Assembly: GCA_030704615.1 (NCBI GenBank)
Contig: CM060732.1
Location: 70,618,001 to 70,682,000, forward strand
Reading direction: 5' to 3'
Length of the DNA stretch: 64,000 nt
Source of the DNA: Takakia lepidozioides
Taxonomy: Eukaryota; Plantae; Bryophyta
The stretch's first letter is position 1. The number at the start of each line of letters is the position of its first letter. The notes beneath the pieces are model-generated. The model was not told where the DNA came from. It worked only from the letters and a program-made list of their open reading frames with translations, and searched no databases. Shown here in pieces: positions 27,040 to 39,617 of this stretch. The translations under genes and the position numbers were made by a program.

Positions 27040-29642
27040 ATGGCAGAAATGGCGCTTCAAAGCTACACATGTTATCTGCAGCACAGGGAGAATCGGGGAT
27101 GTTTTAGTAGGAGCTCCTGTTCTTCGCAGAGGCCCGTAGGGGCGCTGTACACTGAGGCTCGGTTTAGAAAGACCTGCATGGCAGGCTCTCAGTTCAAGTT
27201 TGCCGGAGATGTGAAAATCTTCATATCTTTCCAACCGCGCATCTTCGACTCGAGAGGAGGCCTTCATCGCCACAGTTCACAGGCCAGTGGCAACAGCAGG
27301 ATAAACACCACAGTATGCACTCAAAGGAGACACCAACATACAGCACTAGCATCCCATGTAGGGGGGGAAGCGGCAATCTCAGAGGACCTTGGCTTCTGGG
27401 AAAGACTCAAGGAAGCATGGCGTGTATTGGTTGGCGCTCCCCAGGTAGTCATATGCGCGTATGTCCGTCACTCAATCTTCAAACGGCTGTGTGTCTTTGT
27501 CTCCTGTTCCTACACCTTCATACCCCGCCCGAGTCAGGCTTACTGAATAAGTAACTGTAGTTTGTAGACGTTCCGTAGTATTTCCTGTCTTCCACAAGGA
27601 ACTTTCAATCATAACTTGGTCACTGGTACTGTCAGGTTTCTGAAGACCATACAGTTTTTCTTATTAATCACTCTGCTGGATTCTGCAGAGGGTTCATTCT
27701 TTGATAGAAAAACACATAGGAAAGAAGGAAGAAAGTAAGGTGCAAGAAAATTGCTAACGTCCAGAAGGGGACCCCAGGACAAAGCAGAACAGAAAACCAG
27801 TTGAGCAGCAGGCACTGGGGGTCTCGAAGCAGTAAGTTTCTGCCAAAGACTGGGTCCCTGAAGAGACAATAGTGTCTTCCTCGGATCTCGTAGTATGCCG
27901 GGCAGAGGATGTTCCATTAGCGGGTATCCCACATGACTAGGTGAGTTGGGTCTCAGCTGCTGGCGGGAGAGATTGCTGTATTATGTGAAGACTTGTTGGG
28001 CCTAGAATGTTCCGTAGTAAGCAGATAGATTTTTTTGTTGAGGAGGTACGCTTGGGCAAATTCTGTAAGCCTGTACAATGGGCAGCATGGCTGGCACATA
28101 AATCATAGATTTATAAAAGAGGACAGGGATACGGATGGGCAATGACTCAATTGGTGGGTGACGATGGAGCTCCTCTGCGTAGGGCCCAAGAACACAATTA
28201 ACTTTCAGATGTTGCTGACCTGGACATCTGGGAATCCAAACTTAATCTTGTTTGATGGACTTATTTCGCTGGAGGTGAGTTGTGCTATTGTGCACTCCCT
28301 GTAAGCTCGAGACTTCAGATTGTGGAGTCGTAACATTATCACTGATTGCAATCTCTTCTGATGGAGGGCATAACATGTCCATTCTTACACGTCTGACCTG
28401 AGGATACCTTTTCTACAGAAAAATCAGTTCAAAGCGCGATTTACGAGGCTGCTTATACGCGATCGTGGATTCAACTCTACCAATCTTTCCCGATTGTATA
28501 ACGCGGTTAGTAGCTTCGTCTTGTTGTAGCCTTGGATCTTTCATGATGTTGCAGCTGGCCTTCATTTATTGGCAATGCTGCTAGGGGTGTTTTCTCTCAT
28601 ACAGGGGATTGGTAAAAGCAGTTAAGTCACTTCCCATTCAGAGCTCATTTGCATCGCAAATTGACCGAGGGTCTGCCAATGTGCCTTGGAATAACACAAT
28701 GATTCCTCTAATCTCTGGCAGGCAAAGGGAGCGATAATGGAACATGTGGACTTGGAAGATCAAGATTTAGAGGTTTTTGACATTATTGTTCTCCCCTGTT
28801 TTGATTAACTTTGTTTTTCACCTAGTGCTGGGTGAGGATCACCACTGATGGCTCCTTTCTCTTTGAGTGTCCCTCTTCTTAGAAAGTTTACCTGGAAGAT
28901 GACAAGTTTGATTCCCTAGTGTTCTATTAAAATAAAAACTTACTGTGGTCAGAGCAAAGAGAACTGGTAGATAGATCACTAAGACCATGCTTCAATGGAG
29001 AGGAAGAGTGCCCTAGGAGATGCCAAGTAGGTGTCAGATGCATTTCATGCAAGTCTCTGATAGATTTGAATTCAAATGGAGGTCCTGTGTATAAAAGACA
29101 GAAGATATCAGTAAGGTTAGCACGGGGTGACAATCACAGCTGACTCTTCTGCTGACTACTGAACCAAGTTAGAGCCACATGCAATTGGGTCTGGCATAAG
29201 TTGAGCAAGTATTTACGAGGATGATGAGAGAGAGATCTGAGCTACTGTCATCATTGACTTTCAGGTCACAGCAGCTGTCCAAAGGCTTGGGGAGGTCCAA
29301 CTATATTTTCATGTGAGACGACTGAAGAGTGACCTCCTAATCGAGAACTACACTGAGGAGGCTGAATCAGAGTTCAGACCCACTATTGCATCGCACTTGC
29401 TATGGGAAAACCCTACACCATCTATGCAGACTTGCGAAAGAGTAATAACAGAATTCAATGAGGATCTGGGTCAGACTCATTTGGGGCACATGACAGACTC
29501 AATAATACCCCGCCCAAGCATGTTTGACGAAAATGAAGAGAAGGTACCCACAAACACCATGGCCACACGACTCCAAAGAAGATGGAGAGAAGGTGGAAGT
29601 GATCGTGTTACAGAATCTGGATCGAGGACTCAGAGTGACTAA
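27040..29642 (+). pseudogene. Decayed multi-exon gene, possibly related to plastid-division MinE; source copy of the segments at 40.0-42.6 kb and 49.9-52.6 kb
   Basis: Ser/Arg-rich transit-peptide-like N-terminus followed by LGFWERLKEAWRVL|gtag, and a later VRRLKSD, loosely resembling plant MinE motifs. No continuous frame could be assembled. Confidence 0.3.
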
Positions 29643-30980
29643 AACCAGTTATGGTGAACAGGGAGACGTCTTGGTCACACTTTGGTTTAATATCATTGTG
29701 TTGACTACCACTAATGGCTGTTGCTCGAAGGTCCTCCATTAGCCTGGCATAAATATTGCAGACATGTTTGCTTTAGTTTTCCACTATATCATTGATCTCC
29801 TGTTGTGTTAGTTTGCATACAATTGTAAACAAATGTGTAGGGTAGTATAATTTGTACCATAACTGCTCCCTCTGTGCTCCTTATGATGTTTCAAGAGATC
29901 TTGAACTGGGAAATAATGATGTGTCCATTTGATGCGGTCAGGAGCTTTCGCTTGTCCTGATCTGTCTGTTGCTGCGAGGTCATGTTTGATTGAGATTGCA
30001 TAGTATGTCATCATGCCCTGCGTACTTGAAAGGTCATTTGGCATCTGATCCGGGTTGAAGACTGGGATCTTGGTCTTCTGGTGGACTTGCAATTTTTATT
30101 GCTGAGCTTGGGCTATCAGGGACGACCGAGAAAGAGCTCTATTCAGGAAATGGAAAGATGGAAATGTTGGGGTGGTTAACATATCCCTTTCCTCGAATCT
30201 TGAACACTTTCAACAAAAAAGGAATCAGCAATTTTGGAGGTCTACAACATCCTGATTGTTACACTTTAATTCAATTTCGAGTTTCCATGTCTGAAAGTTA
30301 TCCTCTTCCAATAAGTTTGAATCGGATGCACAATGTAGCACTTGCAAAAGGAAAGTAACATGTATGGGAAAACACCAAAACGAGGAAGGATCCACCATTT
30401 TCCAGTCTAAACACATCTGCACACCGTTGCCTTCTTCATTGTTGTCCTAGATATGCAGAAACCCAAAATTGGAGTGCATGGCAGTGTTAAGTGTGTTGTT
30501 AGGGTGTCCGGATGCCCTGACAGTCAATAATTCGTTCCTTACGCAATCCATTTCATGGGTAGTCAATCTGCTATAAAACTTGCAAGCCATATTTACATAT
30601 CTCCAACTTTTGGTTACTAGAAGCAAAGTCCTTGGAAATGTCTGTCACCATGAGTGTCAAATTAAAAAACTGCAGTCTGACAGGTATGGTGTAACAACAT
30701 GAGATGGTTTAGCTGTACTTGCCAGTTGCCTACACCTGGTAGTCATCTCTGGTGCTTGAAGAGGATTGATGTGCATAAACTTTCCAGTTCCTGAACAAGA
30801 GGACTTTTTGGTGCATGTTCATATCCTGAAAAGCTGCTCAATTTCTGGACGACATCATCACATTGAATCTGGGAAGCACCTGGCACACCATGCTCAAAAC
30901 CTGACATGCACTGCATCTACTAGTGCAAGCATAGCAGTCGGTGTTCAGTCTGCCCATGGTTTGTAGATGTTTTAGTGGTT

Positions 30981-33497
30981 TCAGACCTCGTCAGTGAATT
31001 TGTATGCTACCATGGCATCAACTTGATGCACCTGCACACACATCCAGTGGACAACATGAGGCAGCAAACATAACCACTAAGGCATGTGAATGCTTAGGGG
31101 CTAGCAAAACAACATTACCATCAGAATCAGTGCATAACACAGTTAGTCTTCAGGTCCTAGAAGCCAGTTTCACCAAGCAGACCTGCTATCAGAATAGTCA
31201 GAAGCAACAAAAGAATCAAGAGTACCTTGGTGTCTATTGAGCGGAGCTTCACCACTTGGGGGTTGGTAATCATGCGTGGATCACTTTCCCCCCACATGGG
31301 AGGCACTTTGGAGTCCAGGGATGTATACGCCAGCAGATCAAACGTGCATGCTTCTTCAAGATGGGGGAGAAATGTGACGCTAGAAGCAATCTGCCTCATG
31401 ATGGCCTGAATATCCGTCATGATCTCCTTGTCTGGCTTCTCTTTTGTTACCCTGCAATGTTTTTAATGTTATCATCTCTTGCCTAATGACAGTGGAAGGA
31501 ACAAACATGTGCACAAGCTTACAAATCTGTAGGTAAATAAGCTTCTTACTTTCGCCTTCAGAGTTGGTATAAGAGGGCAACAGTATTTCTAAGCTAAACC
31601 ATTTGAACCCCTAAACTGATCAAGAAGGTTCAGGGTAGCCTAGAAATTCTATACTCCCGTGCTAGAATCTCCTGTGTGTGAATTCACACTCACTCCAGGT
31701 TAAGTGCTTACCCCTTCTCAACTACTTCCCGGTCTGTCTCGATGTTGAAATTCCACCGTTCAAGAACCTCCTTGGTGGAAGTACTTGCTATGACCAGAAC
31801 GACTCTCTGCAGATTTCCTGTCTCCAGCCAGTCTACACAATACAGGACAGTTCACAAACTTAAGGCTCTTAAAAGAACTGAAATGTGGAATGAAAGGAAA
31901 ATAACGTCCGCAGAAAGCTCAAAGAGCTTATGGGAAAAAGGGAAAGCAAGAAACAACAAACAATGAAAGACAAAGAGCGAAGGAGAAAAGGAAGAAAGGA
32001 AATGAAATGAAATGAAATGGTACTTTATAACGTCCGCGGAAAGCTCAAAGAGCTTATAGCACAAAATGGAAAAAACAAGAGAGAGGAACAAAAACCGCAA
32101 AAAGCAGCCCAAAAGCAACACCTGCTCAAGGGATTGCTAAGGGTCAAGGCCTCGTGCAGGTAAGCTGCCAAGCATATCTGATCCTCATAATGGAAGACTT
32201 CAGTGAGAGATTGAGTTCCACGGAGTAGACAGTGGAATCTCCCACGGATCTCATAATACAGAGGGCAATAAAAGAAGTGTTCTTCAGTTTCAATTTCCTG
32301 GTTTGCGCCCGGTGCAAGCTGGGCATAGGCGGTCCTCGCGTTGCAGGTTTTCGCATCTACCAGTCTCTATCTGTAGATTGTGGGAGCCCACCCTGAATCG
32401 CCCCAATGCCCTCAGGAGGGAAGGAGATAAAGGCACTGAAAGGTATAGGTAATTGGGCCGCAAGATTCTATCATCACGGAGAACGTCTCTTGATAGAAAT
32501 GGAGTTTTGTTGTGAGATTGGGTAGCTTCCAAGTTCTCCTGACATGTAGTTCCATAAGTTCTCTTCTAATGAGTCTGTTGCAATCCTGTTTGGATGTGAT
32601 TTCCATCCCTTCTGGATTTTGTGGCAATAGCGAAGCAATAGAGGCAATAGAAAGGAAGAAATGTATTACTTTCATAGGAACTCAAAAGGGCCCAAGGGAC
32701 AAGTAGAACAACATAGGAAAACCCAAATCTTGAACCTTGCAAAAAGGTGGAGTACAGGTAAGCCGCCAATGTCCTCATAGCTAGAGACAGGAAGAGAAAT
32801 GAAATGAAATGGTACTTTATAAGAGAGAGAGACAGAGAGACAGTCTCACCTGCAAGCTGGGCTGTGACAGTGTCAACGAAGGTTTTCACCTTCTCTTGTT
32901 GGCAAAGAAGCATAGTCATCCCATACTTCTTCACACGTGCAAATTCATCTGTAGGATAAATTCCCCGCTGGAACAGAATGCTACAATCCAACAGATAATT
33001 TTTGTAAGATCCTACATGGGATATGGTGATGGCGAGTAAAACAAACAATGAAGAATGGACAATTTATGATAGAAAGAGATGCTCATAGAAACGAGTTGAA
33101 GTCTGTTCTGTTGACCTGTTGACCGAGTAGCCTGCAAATGGAACAATCCCCAAGAGTCTATTAGCTGAATGGGTTAACCACCCTATAATCCTGGCAGTCT
33201 ATAATAGGTGAAAACATCCAAGAACTCTGAATTGAACTCTACTGATGTAGATGATCCTCCTCTATAGCTGGCTTCAGCATTGCTAGGGGCTGTCGAGCGG
33301 TTGCACTGAGATAATGTCAAACACACTTCATGAAAACACCCACAGTTTCGAAACCATCACTTCCGTTACACTGGATGGGATTACCTACAGTGATCAAACC
33401 AGAAAGACAGGTTAGGAATCGTACAGAAGAACTCGCTGACTATGGCTGCAGACCCTTTAAGCGTGATGAAATCCCTTGTCAGCTGTGCTGTGCCCAT
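30981..33497 (-). CDS. MAD2: Mitotic spindle checkpoint protein MAD2 (HORMA domain), 205 aa; exons 33425-33497, 33116-33131, 32850-32980, 31712-31832, 31226-31451, 30981-31031
   Basis: ITLKGSAAIVSEFFCYSVNSILFQRGIYP..KKYG..EVLERWNFNIETD..IQAIMRQIASSVTFLP..FDLLAYT..QVVKLRSIDTKVHQVDAMVAYK. The exons total 618 nt in frame with GT-AG introns. Confidence 0.96.
31880..32690 (-). mobile_element. 3' fragment of a second LINE family (RTE/RTEX-like) ending in (CATTT)n, plus an extra tail copy, in MAD2 intron 3
   Basis: LGRFRVGSHNLQIETGR..RLCPAC zinc-knuckle-like region, then a 3' end gagctttccgcggacgttataaagtaccatttcatttc. The same tail recurs at about 32800, 35700, 42000-42095, 47060-47320, 51860-51965 and 60865-61045. 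Confidence 0.8.
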
Positions 33498-34007
33498 GGC
33501 TGCCGAAGCAACACGATCTTCCACTCTGAAGGAAATGCAAGTTTAGTTCCGAACAATCAGAGAGGATTATGCCGGACAAACTGGAAGAGAGATTGTTCCG
33601 GGGGATGAGGAGAACCAGGAGCAAGTAAAGCCGGAGGCAACACACTGCGAACAAAACTGAATGGAAGGTCGAAAGAAGGAAGCAATGCAGACGGAAAACA
33701 CAGTACTGGAAGCAGAATGTATCACCAGCAAGGACACCGCGTGGAATTCCTTACGACGAGCAAAGTGCCCACCAGCTTCTCTCTCACAAAGTACACAAGA
33801 TCTCGCCTAAGCTGCACGCCCTTCACTCTGCGAGATAATTGCGCAACCGTCAGAGGTCAGTTTCCAAGCCACTGCCAAAGCCTAGTTCAGCAAGGGAACA
33901 CAATGTGCAGCCAACATAGTGAAAGCACAGCAAGAACTGACAGGAAGCGAAGCAGCGAAATGAGAAGAGTGTAGGCGAGCGTGGAGGTCATCACCAGCCA
34001 TGGATTG

Positions 34008-34012
<5 letters not shown>

Positions 34013-34038
<26 letters not shown>
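34013..34038. repeat. (CT/GA)n microsatellite upstream of MAD2
   Basis: About 13 CT units. Confidence 0.8.
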
Positions 34039-34749
34039 AGCTCGTGGTGTGCAGTCTGTGCCCACGCTGCACCCGCCACAACAACGGTTGCCGCGCTCCA
34101 TCGAGCATTATGCCGCCCATTTCATCAGTGGGCCACCCGGCCCACGCTGGGCGCCAGACTGCCAATTCAAATGTGGGTGGATGGATGGCTTCCCTGAAGC
34201 TCCTTCCCTTCTTCACTCTTAGTAGTGTAGGAGCCTATCGAGGCAAAGTCTCTTGGATCATTCAGTTTTGATAGGTACGATCATCCACTTAGTCTGTTTT
34301 ATAATGAACATTTGTAACAAGAATCAAAATATGCTTTAGTGGCTGAGTGATCGGAACACAGGCATTGACACTTGTGCTTTGGATTTGCTTACCAGGGATC
34401 AAATGGAATGTGCACGTATGAATCAACAGAGATAGTTGGATTGGAACTTTCTTTGCTATGAAGCCATGCCAGATCACGAGCTGAAGAACCTCACGTTGAG
34501 ACGCGTGGATGTACTTGAGCCCCGTCATGAATTTCCAGTGATAGTAAGTAGGTCATCATATTTGCGATGCTGGGGCTGTCATCGCAGATGCGTTCTGAAT
34601 TCTAACGAATGATGGAATCAGCTCAAAAGCCGATTTCAAACTGTAAATGTATGTACGAAACAAAAACTTTCAAGGAACTGAGGATGTGTAGGGCAACTTT
34701 GGGTGGCTTTCGGTACTTTTGAAAAATGATTGCACACATCTGGAAGTTA

Positions 34750-37700
34750 AGATGGCTGTCCGGCACAAGAAAGAGTCTATGAAATTCGGCGGGACCTGTC
34801 AGCAGGCCCTGGCGGACAAAACGAAAATTAGTCCAAGCTGATTGTTGCCCACCTGCATTCGAGACTTGCAAGCAAAGCTGTAGGAGGGCATAGAGCAGAG
34901 GTTATGGCGACCAAGCTGAGCTGAAAGGAAACTGATCGGGACGTGATGTTTTACTAGGGGATCCTGTCAGCTCAAATTGGCAGGCGCTGGCTATTTTGTT
35001 TCTAGTCTGTTTGCAGAACAGATAGCGCTTCTGTGAGAACCACGCAAACTGGCGGCTCATGTGAAGGGGTTGGACGTTGGTACTGTCTTCGCTGAGCAGC
35101 TGCTTAGGCAGAGCTTACATCAACACCACCCAGTATGCCGCACTATGAGAACGAGGATGCGGAATGCGAAGTATGGCCGCCGATGGTCCTGATAGATGTA
35201 GTAGAGAACATGGATACCACACCTGAGTGCCTTCGTGACCTTGAGGTGAACATGAAGAAACTGGATTTGGAGTTTTGTCCCGAACGACTTCACGAATTTG
35301 AAGGAAAGCATGGTTGGACATCTTTGTTATACATTTTTCCACCTTTGGGTAGCTCATATGTCGACGCTAAGAGCTTGGAACGGAATTGGGAATCCATAGA
35401 GCCCAAAAGTTGCACGGCCAGAGGTTGGGGGGCGATTGCCACAAGTTGGAAGGCAATTGCCGCGACAACGTGTTCTTATGCAAAGGTAGCAGACATGAAT
35501 GAGATCGACCCAGCCAAGCAGATTGTGAAGGGATGGGTACCCCTGACGACCTCCAAAAGCCTAGATCTGAGCTCATTTCAGTTTTCAACCTTTGCCGTTT
35601 ACATGGTTTGTGGATATCTCTCTCACACACACTTCGCTCTTGGGACATTGCAAATATTTTCCCTCTTTCCTGTTTCATTTCATTTCCTCTTGTACCATTG
35701 AGCTTCCCGCGGACGTTATAAGCGTTTCATTCTTGATTATCTCTTTCTCTCTATGGGTGCTTTAGAGGCAATGCTGCTCAGATGGAACGGACTTGAGATT
35801 TATAATCATACGTGGGCATGATTGTGGCTAACGTGTCAACTTCCAGGGTCAAGCTGGATATCAAATTCCAACTCAACCATCTGCATATGAAACACAAATC
35901 AGATTCCCATCTAATGCCAGAGTGACAGATCTATGTAAAAGAATCGAGGAAGCCCGGGACTCTGTGCTGGAGAGTATAGCGGTCACCGAGGGGCACCATT
36001 ATGATCGTGTTAGAAGCGTGAGTAGCTATTACTCCAGGGTCAAAAAGTTTGTTTGGTCTTAATCTGAATATAAGTCTGGGAAATTTTTTGTGAGAGGGCA
36101 TACCAGAATTATATTCCCAACTGCTTCTTTCAGGGGCATTTTGATGTCCGCACATGTTTGAGATGACAAGTTTTTGAACTGGAGACTGGATACTGTTGAT
36201 CACTGTGTAATGATATTGTAATTGGTGGATCACCACTAACCCTACAGTGTTGCCCTTGTTTTATACAAGTAAGTAATGGTTGGAATGCATGTAATGCTGT
36301 TGACTGTAGGTGAAGCACATTCTATCTGGTTGGAGGTATAAAATCAGCTCTTTCATGGAGGACCACATGACGCGGATGATGTGGCTGCAGCAACTATGGG
36401 CCCCCTGTCGTAAACTCCGTGCAACTGAGTATGAGGAGCGCACTCATATAATGCCGCATGGTGTTGAGGGAGGCTTACTCTCAAAAATGTAGGTGAAATG
36501 TGTGCCACTCCTTGTACTATTTCTCCCACTACCAGACCCTACTGCACCCACATTTATGCATTCATAGCCACAATAGCTGGATATGGTAAAGTCAAGGCAA
36601 AGAGCTTCTTTGGGAAAATCTGGAATGCACCAGAGTTAAATTTCGTTTTTGGTATTAGTTCACCATTGGAATGTCCCTTTCCACTATGGCAGTGAGCCCC
36701 ACCCTTCTTTATCTCTGCTGCTGTCCACTGTCTCCCCGTTTTTTTCTGCTCCTTGCAACACAGGCTCTTAGTACTGTGGCAAGCAATGTCAAAGTAACAG
36801 TATCTTTCTCCCTCCGCCCCTGGATTTGGTAAATGCCTTATTTGTTCTGTTATTGAGTTTATAAGCTCAATGGTGGTTCATATACCTAGAGCAATGAAAC
36901 TCCAGAAGCTTTGAGATCAAAAGCAACCCATTTTGCAGATGTTGCACATCTTTCCTGATGTAGCTTCTGGAGACCTGGTTTCTGGCAGTTTTCCTTCATG
37001 GCTAGTAGTTTTCCTTTGCTTTACATGTATTGGACCTGGACAGTAGCAGTGGCAGCATGGTCATGGTGGCTCACATATGCTATCTACCAAGACCCAGACA
37101 ATTTCAGGTCTTCACAGATTTCAATCTCCTGGGGACAATCTAAGATCCTCTTTCTGTGTCTGTTGGTGTTAATCATGTCTCAAGGACCCAAATATCCCTG
37201 AAGATGTAGTTTCAGCACTGGAACTCTATCACTGCAGCTAGCAGGCATATTTTATACGAGAAAGAGAGGAACATTTTCTTTTTTCAAGTGAAAGAGAGAT
37301 CTGGCCAAATGAGAACTTCAAGATTCTATCAATGGTATCTCACAGGATAAGTTTGGCTAGAGAAAAGGAGTTGGACGCACTGGAGGTCATGGTAATATGG
37401 GAGAGTGAACTTGCTACAGCCGTGAAATTGGAACTAGACAAATGTCATCAAGAATTCTGCTTATTACTACAGACATCTATGCAGCAATATGAGAAGGATC
37501 TAATGAAGGTTAGCCTTTTCTCTCTCTATCTTCCAAATTTCATGCTATCTATACATGTGTTTTCTAGGCAGGAATACATGATCTTGATTCCTTCATGTGG
37601 ATTAGTGGTGGGTCCTGTTGCTGAAAGGTATTGGTGGTTTGTCAGCACCTACTGAATTGGCGACAAAAACGAGAGTCCATCTTGGAGCAAAGGGTGAATG

Positions 37701-39617
37701 AAAGGATGGAGTTGGTGGAGCACACTGAAGTCGCCCAGAAAGAGACACTCATGCTTGAAAGTATGATGTCCATAGAAGCTACTGTCGGGGTGATGAAAAA
37801 GGTAAACCGCTTTTTGAGCCAAAGCACTAGCAATCACCTTTCTATTCACTTGTCACTCTCACTGAATGGTCTCTTTGGTGCTGAGAGTGGGTAGACCCTT
37901 GAGGTCATCCATGATATCCTCCCCCATGTCACAGACTGGAAACAGGTTCAGGGAAGTTTTCTGCCTAACTTCATTTGCATCAGACAATTTTCTGGTAACA
38001 GACATGGCTTTGGACACTACAGTCTCTAAGTCAGATTTATCCAGCAAGGTCAAGACTTGCGGGTCCAGATTCAGATCCTTGAGAATCTCTTCTACTTCTG
38101 CCAGGACTTAGCCTGTTTGACAGGGCAGTCCTGTTTCCAAGATATAGAGTCGATTAACTTAGGGTATCTGGTGTTGGACATGTGTTGCAACTGACCCCAC
38201 CATCTGACCTTGAATTCATCTTGTCGGGAGCTTAAGGAAGGGATGCCAAACTCACCCCGAACAGCCACATTGGCTGTTTTGGAGCATGCTGACATGCACT
38301 CCTTAAGCACCCCCACTTGAATGGATTCTAGAGACTTAGCCTGGTTGGAGTTATCAACCCATATAGCAGATCCGTACTTGAAGGCAGGTATAATAACGCG
38401 GAAAGCAAGGTTTTCTTGACCTCAGAGTTAGACTGAAATTTAAACTCAGGGCAGGAAGCCTACCTTTGAACAGTAAACAGAAGCAGAGAGGAAAGGGAGA
38501 GTGCAATTGCCCGTTGTGTGGGCAACCCGAAGACAATATTCATTTTCTGATTCACTGTCCGGGGTACTCTCACCAGAGAGAAGCTCTCCTCCAATCTATC
38601 AAGAGAATTGTGCCTGTACCCCTGTTTACCAACTTTGAAAGTCTCGAGGCTGAGCCAAAAGCCCAGGCCCTTCTGAGGCCTAGTTTTTGGGCAAATTACA
38701 CACAGCAGATTGATGCTTGTGTGAAGGGATCTCTAGAGGATATCTGGAAAACCCAAATCAATTCTATGTATAAAGGTAAGTCTTACTACCAATGTCAGCC
38801 CCTGACAGAGGTAGGTTCTGTCCCTTTGGTTTCCGCTCAAACTGGGCGCGGGGTCAATGGCTACAAGGCTACGGCAAACAACGTCTTATGAGTACATTCT
38901 TTGGTGAGTATCAGGGTTCCATTGCAGTGACAGCAATGCAAGCTTCAGTGTGGAGCACTCAGTAATTATTGCAACACTCTTTGCTTTATAAGTGACTTGG
39001 GTGGCCTCTTCCAAAAGGCTTTCAATACAAGTGCCGAGAGGCATTTTGACCACTGAGGGTGTTGGACAAGGTTCTGTCTTATAGATAACATTGTAGAGAC
39101 TATATGATGTCACAAATCTTAGGTGATGCCTTCTCTAGTTTTATCTCACGAAGCTTAGATTGTTCAATCCCTTGTCTTCAAAATTTTGATGGTCATATGG
39201 ATTTTTGAGTATTTGTTGGATCTGTTCCAGATCGAGGATGCCTCCAGATTAGAGAAGGAGGGCATGGAGAAGTTATTGAGAGAGAAAGAGGACAAGGAGA
39301 AGCACCTCCAGATGAAGGCGGAGGCATTACAAAGAGAGCTTCAAGAGGCAAGACAAACACTACAGGAGCTTGAGCATAGTATACAGGAAGAATCTGAGTG
39401 CGCAGTTTGTGCTCAAGAAATGGAAGGCATCAAAGGGACTCGGAAAAGGCGGTTGAATAACTCGGGTGTTGAGCCAGCTCGAAAGAGAGTGTGTTTCAAA
39501 CCGTGCAACCATGCCGGGGTGTGTGATGAGTGTGCCAGCAATATTTGGACCCGCACTCAGAAATGCCCGCTGTGCAACACCCAACTCACTGAGAAGCCAA
39601 CTGCCATTTTCTTGTGA
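34750..39617 (+). pseudogene. XS-domain / coiled-coil / C3HC4 RING gene, copy A (XS ~35135-35570; middle exons ~35770-36490; coiled-coil exons ending 37508 and 37646-37801; RING exon 39231-39617)
   Basis: VWPPMVLI..HG..LLYIF..SYVDAKSLER..W..SYAKVADM parallels the SGS3 XS domain. The last exon carries CAVC..CFKPCNHAGVCDECA..CPLC. In-frame stops occur upstream of XS and in the middle exon. Confidence 0.7.
37881..38897 (+). mobile_element. 5'-inverted (twin-primed) LINE insertion with 9-bp TSD, in an intron of XS-RING copy A
   Basis: TSD TCTTTGGTG at 37872-37880 and 38898-38906. 37881-~38400 is antisense and ~38420-38897 is sense. Empty sites are visible in the paralogues (~48531 and ~63927). 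Confidence 0.92.

Noticed and set aside
30981-33497. HORMA protein near nuclease-fold and kinase genes, suggesting a CBASS-like system
   Set aside because: It is an ordinary intron-containing MAD2, outside the amplified unit and about 24 kb from the kinase.
34900-35110. Stops shared by the XS-RING copies read as recoding or RNA editing
   Set aside because: TGA/TAG/TAA stops are explained by C-to-T or G-to-A decay before duplication, or by unresolved splicing. Plant U-to-C editing is organellar.
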